A stretch of 64,000 bases of DNA from Raja brachyura (taxonomy: Eukaryota), in contig OY740796.1 of the NCBI GenBank assembly GCA_963514005.1, positions 14,198,001 through 14,262,000 on the forward strand, given 5' to 3'. The first letter of the stretch is position 1; the number at the start of each line of letters is the position of its first letter. Under the pieces are notes generated by a model. The model saw only the letters and a program-made list of their open reading frames with translations. It did not search any database and was not told the DNA's origin. The translations under genes were made by a program, and so were the position numbers. Of this stretch, positions 1 to 11,851 are shown piece by piece.

Positions 1-43
1 TATGACCTGGGCATGCGCAGTTGAAATACCGAACTTGCTTATT
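1..43. mobile_element. Terminal inverted repeat (TIR) of a MITE cut by the window edge, same family as 58110-58570
   Basis: tgacctgggcatgcgcagt...accgaacttgcttat is the reverse complement of 58110-58150. Confidence 0.7.
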
Positions 44-3000
44 CGCTCCCCAAATCTCTTCCTTTTTCCATCTTTGCAATCCCCCCCCTCCCCTCCAAGA
101 TGCTTCTTGGACCAAACCTTTGGCCAGCTGGCCTAGTATTTTGTTTTGCAGTTTGGTATTACATTTTCTTTGATAAATTTCCTATCAAACTGTATGGTCC
201 ATTGAACTATTATAAAGCTATATTTAAATGCAAATTGTTTGTTGATGTTTTGGTGGTGAGGTTGTGAGAAGAGGAGAAAATTAATGATGCTTCTGTCCCG
301 GTGGAGGAAGAAAATGATGAGTTTTCATGGTTATAATGATCAAAATACCACATTAACAATGATGGGTTATAATGATAGTTGAATCCACAAAGTTACTGCT
401 AATGTGTGTAATTGCGCCAAATTGTAAAATAAATTGCTTGGATTGGCCCTTTACTTTGGTTGCATTGACGTTGTACTGTTACATTTACATTTCAAATGTA
501 TCTTTGTTCAGGATTTCTTCCTACTTGGACCATTAGTGGATTTTCCCAGTCAGTATTACCCTTTTATTAAAATCCTGACATTGCCCAGGATCATATTTTC
601 CCATGCCAATATTTTTAAAGTGACTGAAAGGAAATTCAACTCTATTCCGGCAGTTCATTTATCCGTATTGCAGTTTGGGGTAGTTAAGCTTGAAGAAGCT
701 GTATGCTAAAGTGGCATTTTGCTTACGCATTGCAGCTTGTATTAATTGGTTTCATTGCTGAGTGGCGGCTATTTGTCTGTTTCGCCAAATCTACTGGAAG
801 TCTAAATTTTGAGTATTACATATGGAGTTAGCTAGGAAATATTACTCCTACATATGTGATGCAGAACAACATTTAGATGCTGATTGATCAGGGCCTTGGT
901 TTTTAAAATCAGTATAGCCAGTGCAATATTAGTCGTCGGAACATGAAGTTGCTGTTGTATTGTCAAAAAGAGATATGATAAGCATAAAGCTTGTCAAGTT
1001 TATGATAAAAAATAGTCTGTGTGGGCCATAGAGACTTGCCTCAGGATAAATTAGTGCTGGTTCAACATATGCACATACTGTAATATCTAAATGTATGCGC
1101 GTGTATTGAGAAACATTGTGAAGTTGTGGAAAAACAGTAGGTGATGTCCTGATTAATGGTCTTTGACATGAAACAATTGTTCTGTTTCCCCCCAAATTTG
1201 TTGCCTGAGCTGCTGAATGTATCCAGCATTTTCTGTTTGTTTACGGTTTCCAGTATCTATAGTTTTTACTTTCATTCACACGTGACGCATGTTTATAATA
1301 TAGATTCTAGCTTTTAACATGCTGGAATGATGGCTCCAAATCATCTTTCTTTTGCAGTTTTGAAAAAAGCTGTGGGGATTCCTCTTGCTTTTACACCCTC
1401 CTCTTTAAGTCAATCAGAACCATACTTGAAGCGTGGCAGTAAAGCTTTTTACTGAAGTGTATTACTGGTGAAAGTTCGGTCTGTCATCTGTTCAGTTAGT
1501 AATGCTCCACCTAGTGACATTTCCTGTTATGGTTTACACTTCCTGTGTCATATTTTGTCACTTAGTTCTCAATTTAAAAAAAAATCATAATGTTGCAGCC
1601 TTGATTCTTTAGTGCGATTTTAATTTACTGGTTAAATTAAATTTAGACATGATATTTTGAGAAGTTAAACAAATGAAATAGTGATTCAAATTAATGGGTG
1701 TAAAAAAATAAAATAAAAAAAAGATTATTTTCCACCTGATATGCAGTGGAAGACGATCAAATTACACCTTCAATTCTTTATAATTTCCCTTCTTTTGAAC
1801 TGCATTTTTCCTATTATAGTTTCCCCAGTGGAAAGACTTGGGGCATTCAGTAGTTTGCTCTGTAGCTCAGGGGTGTGAATAAAAAGAATAAGATTAGGAC
1901 ATACCAAAGTAACTCATAACATTTGTTCATTGTACAAAATCCAGTAGCCGTTTTGTACTTAGTAAACACCTACAAATAGCATTACAAATGTTAAACATAG
2001 AATGTTCTGGTGATTTTGATCGAAAAATGATTATCAACCGAATATCAAGGTTAACTTGCTCTTATAATAGTGCAGTAAGATCCTTCATGTCCTTCTGAGA
2101 ACGGGTGAGACGTTGAACCAGTACAGCAGCTTTGACAATGTACCACTTCTTCACTATATTGAGGTGTCAGTCTAGTTTTTTATAATATCTCTTGACCTTA
2201 CAAGAGAGGAATGGTTGATGCATTTAATACTAAGATGCAGACTCTTAAGCTTCTGAACCTTTAAAATGCTACACTTATCTAGAATTTAAGTTAGGATCTT
2301 CCTGATCTCAACCGAAGTTGATGACAATATTCCTCAACTATTTTTGAAAATTGATCATCTTGCGTCCGGTACGATCTGAAGTTCATTCTAGAGTGCTTTA
2401 TGTTGCCAATACATAAGAGCGTAATTTTAAGGACCTATTATATGCAAAATCTAGCCTGTGTGGTGTTCTTGAAAGCTTTTTATTAACACGTTATGATTTA
2501 GAAGGAAAATCTATGATATCCTCATCAGCTGAACGGAAGGATGAATATAGGGGGCATTTATGAACATGTTTGTAATATCCTTGCATATATTTAATTTACA
2601 TCTTGTGGGTGCAGGGTATTGATATCCAGATACCAGGTATCTGCCATGTGCCAGGTATCTAAAGTGCCATGTGGCGTAAGTTCTTGGCTATATTTGTTCA
2701 AAAAATACTGCTTTGTACATGTCTTAAATTATCTGTAATAAATTTCTGAAACTATACAATGCCATAGATGTTAGAAATCTGAGATAAAAGGCAAAATGCT
2801 GGAAACACTCAATGTCAGGCAACCTCTATGGAAAGAGAACCAAGAATGAATGTTTCAGGTCTAATTAGCTCATCAGAATCTGGAAAGTAAGAAAAATGTT
2901 GTATAACTCTTACGTGATAGGAGTAGAATTAGACCATTCGGCCCATCAAGTCTACTCCGCCATTCAATCATGGCTGATCTAACTCTCCCTCCCAACCTAA

Positions 3001-5278
3001 TAGAGTGAGGACTAACACCAGGACTATTCAACATATCCCAAAGAGTTAGGTTAAGCATGGACCCATCCGAGTTACACATTTCATTTGGAGAAAGTGAATG
3101 GAGTTGGAGAAGTTGATCAATATGAGAATTAGTTCAGCCAGACTAATACGTGTGTTGATGATGGAATGGCCTCTATTCAAGCAAGAAGGGGCATCCTGAT
3201 GTGGAAACTGCTTAAAATGGTGAAGATTATCAGAGGTGTTAGAGATTCTTGTGGGAAGGAAATGGACTAGGATGGGCAGGGGGGTAGTAGGATGAAGTTA
3301 ACATAGAAATAAGGTATAACATAGATCAGTACAGCACAGGAACAGGCCCTTTAGGGCCATATTATCCATGCTGAGTATGATGCCAAGTTAAACTAATTTC
3401 TGCCTGCACATGATCTATATTCCTGTATTCCCTGCAAAACTATGTTATATCTAAAAGCACTCTAAATGTCCCTGTCATATCAGTTCACCACCATTCCTGG
3501 CAGTGAGTTCCAAGCAATCACCACTCCCCATGTTGAAAAAAAAAATGTCCTGCATATCTCTCTTAAACTTGCCCCCTCATCTTCAAGCTATGATTTATAG
3601 AAGTAAGTTTGGTAGGGCTCAAGCATGCTGAAACAATGTGCGTGCTGTTGCAATCCTGCCTGTGGATCTCTTGGAGTAAGTGGAAGTGGGCTAATGACTG
3701 CCTGGGAGATGGTGGCCAGATATTCACTGGTCCAGAGGGTGGTCAGCAATGTGCCTGTGAACGGACATTTAGACTCTGCAAGATAGAGATGCATTTGCTA
3801 AACCACAACAGCTCCACCATTGTAATCTGGTTTGATGATGATCTTGACTTCTTGCTCTTTGTGAGCAGAAAGATGCATGTTCAATTGGACGTAGGTTGAA
3901 GTAGGTAAGTGGGAGTGAGAAATTTTAAATGGGCATAGCTACATCGGCAATTCGTGATTACATTTCTGCCATGTTACAATATATGGAAACACAAAATCTG
4001 GAGTTTGTCGTAGACTTGTTTGACGTAGAGGTTTAGGTGAATAGTGTAATGAAAGAGACAATATGAATATTTTTCAGAAATTTAATGTCATTAAGAATGG
4101 CTGTTTTAAGAAGAACCACCATGATAATGATTTTTTTCACTATGGTAGGATTGTAAACTTTTTTTGATTCTGCTTCTACTGGCTGTAGATATTCAAATGT
4201 GTTGTGTTGTTTTTAAAACAAATATATATGACGTTTCTGCCTGATATTATTGAGCCTCCGTTCATGTAACTATAAGAAGCTACCTGCAGCATATGAAAGT
4301 AATACCGTCTGGATCATTTAGATGAGTTTCCTGAAATCAAGGAATAGTTTTATAAAGAATTATGGATGTGAATCTATATTTTGCCACATGACAGTACTTA
4401 ATGCATTGGTAAATATAAACATGTTCATAAAATATGTGTTCATTAATGCTTGTAACTTTTTGGTGACCAATCCTTTGGTTTAGATGCTTCCAATAAAGAG
4501 GATTGTGAGTTGATCCTTTGAAAACACATTCCAATCAGTCCTACTTCTGTTTGCATTCTTGAATTGTTTTGTTTTAAACCTGTGTTACAATTCTAATCCA
4601 CACCAAAAAAAATACTTGAGGATCAGGCATTGTCAGTGTTCATTTGAAACTTGGAAGAGACACAACCCAATTTGAGACGAATGAGAGAAAAATATTACAG
4701 AACCATGATCATACTGCAGGTACTGTGGGCTTGTTCTGCTGACCACGCCATAGGAAGGATATGTTAATTTTAGAGGAGGTACTTAATGGATTCAACTGCA
4801 CTACCTGAATGCCAAAACTTAAAGTGCAAGGAAAGATTACACAAATGACGATTGCGTGGCCTCGAATTTAGAACTAGGGATGATTTATTTTGAAGTTTTC
4901 ATCAGGCCAAGGGGAAGTGAGAGGGTAGATGGCAAATTTGATTTCACTACAGTATTTACATATTCCAGAATAAGGTGAAATCGCCCAATAGTTCAAGCTT
5001 TCAGGAATGAAGGTAGAAAACAATTGTTCATGCAGAAGGTAGAAGAAATTTGGAATACTATAAAAGAGGCCAATTAATTTTTTTTTTTTTTAATTGGTAC
5101 ATAACAGGAATATAAAATGTGGGAAATGTGCTAAAGAAGTCAGGTCACAGATAAGCCATTTTCCTACAGGCTTGCAGAACTAAATGGCCTATTTTCTTGT
5201 GTTTTTAATTGATGCTTTAAATGTGTTTGAAAGGGACCGCCTTCCCATATTTCTTTGGGGTTTTGGAAATATTGGTTA

Positions 5279-5927
5279 CCATATTTCCCAGCAATGAAGA
5301 CGCACCAGCGGTGAAGACGCACCCCCATTTTGACTTAATTTCTAAAAAAAGACTGGCGGGACATAGAATTTCTCACGCTCAAAAATAAATAAATATCCTG
5401 TTATCCATCGCCCGCTGACCCGCTCCGCTCTATGATCTTTGCTGTTGAATGACACGGACCGGGCAGTGAATGCCATGCAGTGTCACCCAGCGCAGCAAGT
5501 GAGGCCATGTCCTGCTCCCGGCGGCAGTGGGAATTTAAAGATTTGCGGGAAGCGGCGGGAGAGAGGTGTTCAGACAGAGAGCACTGCCAGAGGTGAACGA
5601 GCCGGCAGAAGGCGCTGAGGTGGCGGCCGGTTCCTCTGTCCGGTCCCGGCGGCCGCTCGCAGCTACCCGAGCTACTTCCCTCGCCGGCCACAATGCGGTG
5701 GCTCTGTGCCTGGAGCGCCGCGGCATGACCGCAGAGTGAGTTGCTGGCATGATTCCCGACCCTCTCCTTCTCAACACTCCTGCCCGTGCTGACCCGGGCC
5801 AGATTACCCACACGCTTTGAAAGGAACTATCAGCTGCCAGCAATGAGGGATGGACCATTGTTCTTGGTAAATTTTTGTGCCTCTTTTTTTGGATAAAAAA
5901 TAGCGTTGTCATTGCCGGGGAATGCGG
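5279..5927. mobile_element. Non-autonomous Tc1/mariner-superfamily (pogo/Tc2-like) MITE with GC-rich interior
   Basis: Imperfect TIRs of about 26 bp (CCATATTTCCCAGCAATGAAGACGC / GCGTTGTCATTGCCGGGGAATGCGG) flanked by TA, with repeated GAAGACGCACC subterminal motifs. Confidence 0.7.
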
Positions 5928-6329
5928 TACTTTCCTCATTCCTTTGTTCCTCGTCGTCTTCGATTTCAGCTTGGTGCTGTATCCAGTGAGTTATTTCAAT
6001 CCCAATAGCAATGTGAGGAGTCATTTTTCTGAACTTATTTGGAGAATAGCTGTGGATAATTAAATGTTCTGAGTAATTGAGCAGAAGTTGGATAATGAAT
6101 GCATCTGTGCACCCACAAAGGTGAAGAAGAAGCCTGCTGCTTACCAGTTTATGGCAAGAAGAGAAATTAAAAATAGAACTCATTTTAGATCTGATGGAAT
6201 GACACCTAACACTATAAAATAAATAGTATTTTGGCTCATAGCTGATTATTGATAAGAAATCGCCTAGATTTGCAAAACGGAAAATTTCTACATAATGTTT
6301 TTTGACTAATCCTTTCACAGTAGCAAAGC

Positions 6330-6545
6330 TGGTAGGGCTGGTAAGGTTTCCTCTTTGTGCTCCGGATTCCCCCCACATCCCAAAGATGTACGGGTTTGTA
6401 GGTCACTTGGCCTCTGTAAATTGCCCCATGTGTGTTGGGAATGAATGTGAAAATAGGATAACATGGAACAAGTGAACGAGTGATCGATTGTGGACGTAGA
6501 CTCAATGTACCAAATGGCCTGTTTCCATGTGGTATCTCCAAATTA
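6330..6545 (+). mobile_element. V-SINE (HE1-like) fragment
   Basis: V-domain-like GGTTTCCTC..GTGCTCCGG.TTCC.CCCACATCCCAAAGA followed by a CR1-type 3' tail (AATGGCCTGTTTCC). Confidence 0.65.
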
Positions 6546-6728
6546 AACCAATTAAAATAGAACTGTTTATAAAAGTGTGTGATATGTTTTGCCATTTTGC
6601 ATTGCAGAAGTTGTGGAAAAGCGACCTCATTTTGATTGAATTGCATCCTATTCTTTTTGAAGAGGATACATTTACTTTGTTTATTTTGCCGTTTATAAGT
6701 GATTAGGTTAATGTCCTTTCTCAAATAG

Positions 6729-6784
6729 GCTGGTCTCGTTGGTCTCCATCCTTCCCCAGGACAGATACAGTGACAGATGTGCTG
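6729..6784 (+). other. SETD5: Probable non-coding 5'UTR exon of SETD5 (alternative acceptor would start at 6760)
   Basis: Acceptor gtcctttctcaaatag|GCTGG, second acceptor ccatccttccccag|GAC, strong donor CTG|gtgagt. Unique sequence upstream of the first coding exon. Exon status is inferred from splice signals only. Confidence 0.55.
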
Positions 6785-7158
6785 GTGAGTTGGTTGTGTT
6801 GGTTCCTAATTGTGTCGCCAAAGAGATTGGGTGTATGGGTGGAGTCTGTTCACTAAACTGTTATAAACTAAAGTAAAATGGTAGATCTGGACTGGATCCA
6901 AGATTAAGTCGCATTGTAAGCATTTTGATAACTCCTTTACATTTTGATTCCTTGTAGGTTATGTAAATAATTTCATAATCTGTTGTTGTTTAGATCTTGT
7001 AATGCTTTTGCTTTCTAAAATGGTGTTTGGTTAAAATGAATAAATGCTTGACATAGTTGGTGTATTTTTATGCACTAAAACTATGCTGCTTGTATGTTAG
7101 AAAGGGTTGTTACCCTCATCTTAACCTAGATGCTCCATTGCACCCTCCCACTGTATAT

Positions 7159-7163
7159 ACACA

Positions 7164-7204
<41 letters not shown>

Positions 7205-7214
7205 TCACACACAC
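7159..7214. repeat. (CA)n/(CT)n compound microsatellite
   Basis: Directly visible dinucleotide runs. Confidence 0.95.
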
Positions 7215-7589
7215 GCATATTTGCACATTTTAATTGGCTGTAATTGATATTACAGCCTCCTCTCATGGCAGAAATATGTAACATCATATTTTGATTTACT
7301 CTTTGTGTTTTCTTCATAATGTTTTGCATTGTAAAGAACCTTGCCATATAAACCTTGGATGGTGAAATCTCAAATTCACAGTCTATGTATTTTTGTTATG
7401 TCTTCAAGCCTGTGCATATTCTTTACAAAATAATAACTACATTTTAAAATATCTTGCTTATATCAAAGTCCTTTGCAATGTTAGGAGGATGTGAGAGTAG
7501 CATAGTGTTAATGTGCATTCCTTAGACAGAAACCCCTCATGGAATCATCCTTACTCCTCTCCTGTTTTCCGTCTTGGCAAATTTATGTT

Positions 7590-7930
7590 CATACGTAATA
7601 GGAACAGAATTGGGCCATTCGGCCCATAAAGTCTACTCATGGCTCCCAATTCTATAATGGCTGATCTATCTTTCCCTCTCAAACCCATTGTCCTGCCTTC
7701 TTCCCATGACGCTTGGCACCCGTGCTTATCAAGAATCTATCAATCTCCACCTTAAAAATATCCATGGCCTTCTGTGGCAATGAAATCCACTGTCACTAAA
7801 GAAATTCCACACTATCATTAAAGAAATTCCACTTCATCTCCTTTCTAAAGATATAACCTTTTATTCTGGGGATGTGGCCTCTGGTCCCAGACACTCCCAC
7901 TAGTGGAAACATCCTCTCCACTGCCACTCT
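7590..7930 (-). mobile_element. CR1-type LINE 3' fragment
   Basis: Similar to the minus-strand CR1 3' ends at 19880-20370 and 22423-22952 (GGCCATTCGGCCC...ATGGCTGATC...). Shorter pieces occur near 2915-2995, 3300-3590, 8400-8695, 16575-16735, 24640-24775, 43410-43760 and 49010-49100. Confidence 0.75.
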
Positions 7931-9197
7931 GTGGATTTGTGAAGGAATTTATATAAGCATAATCTCTAAGTTATGGGGAGGAAAATGCATGAATTAAGAG
8001 GAAAATAAATCATTTGCCTTTTATGGGGCATATTATCACATTTTCAGGACCTCAAGGGTTTAATGTCTAATTATTACTGAAGTATTGCAACATCAAGTGT
8101 GTTGTTGGTAAACTCACACACATTTGAAAATTATCATTTTAAACTGTTAAAAAATGATATTGATCCGGGGAAGATGTGCTATTCTGGAAGTTCGGAGAAT
8201 GTCTGATGTCTGTAATACCAAATGATATTTCAATGTAATTTGTAGAGGGATATATAATTCTAAATTTTAAAATAGTTGAGAAATAAAACCTCTAATATGT
8301 CTTAATGTGTCTTAAGAGTATCCATTTAGACATATATCAGGTCTGCATGTACTTGCATGCCCTGTGACAGCAGGAGCTATCAAAACTCAATATTGAATTA
8401 TAGCGTCATACAGTATGGAATTAAATGCTTCGACCCAGCTTGCCCATGCCGACCAAGGTGCCCCATCTACACTAGTCCCACCTGCATGTGTTTGGCCAAT
8501 ATCCCTCTAAACCTTTCCTATCCATGTAAGTGGAGATATATTCCTGAGATAAATATTCAAAAATGTTATGCTGTTGGGATTAGAAACATAGAAACATAGA
8601 AATTAGGTGCAGGAGTAGGCCATTCGGCCCTTCGAGCCTGCACCGCCATTCAATATGATCATGGCTGATCATCCAACTCGGTATCCCATACTCCCATGGA
8701 TATTGTTCTGATAGGATGATGGAGGCATGAGACAGACCCCTAAAATTAGAAAATTGAGATATTAGGGCAGGATTTTTTAAAGAAATGGTGTTGACTACTT
8801 GTAACTTGAGAAATGACAAATTACTTCAAAGATAAATGGAGGTGCAAATCATCAAACACTCCCAAACTGTTTGTGGTCAAACAGAGCACTTATAACATAA
8901 ACTTAATAACTCTAAGTGTGGTTAACACATTCCCAGTAAGAGCCATGGAGAAAAGTATGTTTGAAGTTGTTAAATAATTGAATATCAAGGAATCGAGCAC
9001 ACATTGAATGGACCTCACGCTAGTAATTGGGGCTTAATTTGTCTTCAGGAGAAACATTGGAAAACTTTACATTCCTACAGATCACCATTGATCAATTGTA
9101 TTCGGTCACCATCATTGCTTCCAATGCTTTTTAGAACAATTACTAAAACGTGACCAGATGATATGGAAAATATTCTTAACTTTAAATTGTGTACCTA

Positions 9198-10814
9198 CAG
9201 TGCCCTCCATAATGCTTGGGACAAAGATCCATCATTTATTTATTTGCCTCTTTACTCCACAATTTGAGTTTTGTAATAGAAAAAAATCACATGTGGTTAA
9301 AGTACACATTGTCAGATTTTAATAAAGGCCAGTTTTATACATTTTGGTTTCACCATGTAGAAATTACATTTTTTTTGTTTATACATAGCCCCCCCATTTT
9401 AGGGCACCATAATGTTTGGGACACAGCAATGTAATGTAAATGAAAGTAGTTATGTTTAGTATTTTGTTGCATATCGTTTGCATGCAATGGCTGCTTGAAG
9501 TCTGCGATTCATGGACATCACCAGTTGCTGTGGGTCTTCTCTGGTGATGCTCTGCCAGGCCTGTATTGCAGCCATCTTTAGCTTATGCTTGTTTTGGGGG
9601 CGAGTCCCCTTCAGTTTTCTCTTCTGCACATAAAAGGCATGCTCAATTGGCTTCAGATAGGGTGATTGACTTGGCCACTCAAGAATTTACCATTTTTTAG
9701 CTTTGAAAAACTCCTTTGTTGCTTTAGCAGTATGTTTGGGATCATTGACTTGCTGTAGAATGAACCACCGGACAATGAGTTTTGAGGTATTTGTTTGAAC
9801 TTGAGCGGATAGGATGTGTCCATACACTTCAGAATTCATTATGCAGTTGTATCAGCAATGAAGATACGTGAGCCAGTACCTTCAGCAGCCATACATGTCC
9901 AGGCCATAACACCCCCACCACTGTGTTTCACAGATGAGGTGGTATGCTTTGGATCTTGGGCAGTTCCTTCTCTCCTCCATACTTTGCTCTTGCCATCACT
10001 CATATAAGTTAATCTTCCTCCAGAACTGTGGTTGCTCTTTTAAGTACTTCTTGGCAAACTGTAACCTGGCCATCATATTCTTGCCCCTAACCAGTGGTTT
10101 GCAACTTGCAGTGTAGCCTCTGTATTTCTGTTCATGAAGTCTTCTGCGGACAGTGGTCATTGACAAATCCACTCTTGACAGCGTTTCTGATCCAGCGTTT
10201 CTGATCTGTCGGACAAGTGTTTGGGGATTTTTTTTTATAATAGAGAGAATTCTTCTGTCATCAGCTGTGGAGGTCTTCGTTGGCCTGCCAGTCCCTTTGT
10301 GATTAGTAAGCTCACCGGTGCTCTTTCTTCTTAATGATGTTCCAAACAGTTGATTTTTGTAAGCCTACGGTTTGGCTGATGTCTCTGACAGTTTTATTCT
10401 TGTTTCTCAGTCTCATAATGGCTTCTTTGGTTTTCATTGGCACAACTTTGGTCTTCATGTTGATAAACAGCAATAAAAGTTTCCAAAGGTGATGGAAAGA
10501 CTGGAGGCAATTTAACCTGCATTAAGGTGGCAATTTAACACACCTGAGCAATTACAAATGCCCGTGAAGCCATTTGTCCCAAACATTATGGTGCCCTGAA
10601 ATGGGGGGGGGGGGGGGGGGGGGAAACTATGTATGGACACAGCTGTAATTTCTACATGGTGAAACCAAAATGTATAAAAATACCCTTTCATAAAATCTGA
10701 CAATGCGCACTTTAACCACATGTAGTTTTTTTCTATTACATATCTCAAATTGTGGAGAACAGAGGCAAATAAATAAATTAAGGATCTTTGTCGCAAACAT
10801 TATGGAGGGCACTG
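9198..10814 (-). mobile_element. Tc1-like DNA transposon, IR/DR type, with a decayed transposase
   Basis: TIRs of about 230 bp starting CAGTGCCCTCCATAATG, TA TSD (9196-97, 10815-16), inner direct repeat CCATAATGTTTGGGACA. Minus-strand remnant ...[35 protein letters not shown] contains stops. Confidence 0.92.
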
Positions 10815-11672
10815 TAGGTAAAGCTTAAGAAATGCTATAGTGGTATCCTGAAGAAGTGGTCAGAAAAGAACTGTTTTGCAAAACTTGCATTAGATTATTC
10901 TTTGACTAAAAGTGGAATATGCATTTGAATTAGAATTTCATAACAAATCTAAACACTTTTTTTCCCTTACATTTCATATAGTATAACACATTGTTTAGGA
11001 TCACATGAAAAAATAAATGTTGTATGAAACGGATCATAACCAACCCCACTTGAAAAACGTAATTGAAATGTTGCTCTCCTTTTCTAATAGACACGGTATT
11101 GTAACATTGTTGCTCCCTTTGTTTGATGTGCTTTGATTGTGCGAGTTACAGCACAGCACACCTCCTGTGTTGTCAACAAATGAAAAACTGGACAAATTGT
11201 CCTTAATGGTTCTTTACATGAGCAAAGATTTTCAAATGGGTCTTTTATAATTTGGTTATAAGCTTCTCAGGTGCCTGCTAAAAATGCACATTTTTAATTG
11301 CGATAACTCTTAGAGGACACAAAAAGAAGCTATTGGTGGAACCTCGGCGGGTCAAGCAGCATTTGCAGAGGCAAAGGCATGGTTGGCATTTCATGTATGG
11401 GCCTTCCATAGATGCCACTTGACCTGAGTCCTTCCAGCAGTTTGTTTTTTTGCTCCAGATTCCAGCATGTGATGTATTTTGTGGCTCTTGGAGAACATGC
11501 TAGGCACAAACATTGAAGTAAGTGGTGTGACCATGTCATTGATTTTATTTTTGCCTTGGAGTATTCACATTTTACTCCATGTTGCAAAGCCAGCGTAATA
11601 TGGCTGAGAATATGATCTGTGTAAAATGCTCAAGTTATTGATGTTTATTTTTTGATTTCCTCCTTTTTGCAG

Positions 11673-11780
11673 TTTCCCTCATGTCCATGATCTGCACACG
11701 ACACTGCGGCTGTTCGGCCTCGGTGTGGTCAGGCATATTGCTTCGGACCCCGTGATAAACACAACTTGGTGTTGGACGTC
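11673..11780 (+). other. SETD5: 5'UTR part of the first coding exon of SETD5
   Basis: Strong acceptor tttgatttcctcctttttgcag| at 11672, continuous with the ATG at 11781. Confidence 0.8.
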
Positions 11781-11851
11781 ATGAGCATAGTAATTCCACT
11801 TGGAGTTACCACACCAGATACTTCATACTCTGATATGGCTGCTGGTTCAGA
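11781..11851 (+). CDS. SETD5: SETD5 coding exon 1 ([24 protein letters not shown])
   Basis: Translation matches the recognised SETD5 N-terminus (human [24 protein letters not shown]). Donor GA|gtgagt, 71 nt. Confidence 0.95.

Noticed and set aside
10-19. GGCATGCGCA as an NRF1 promoter site for SETD5
   Set aside because: It is part of a MITE TIR also found at 58110-58158, and there is no CpG island here.
5401-5939. GC-rich region with 134-136 aa ORFs as a promoter or gene
   Set aside because: It lies inside a TA-flanked MITE, and the ORFs show no recognisable domain.
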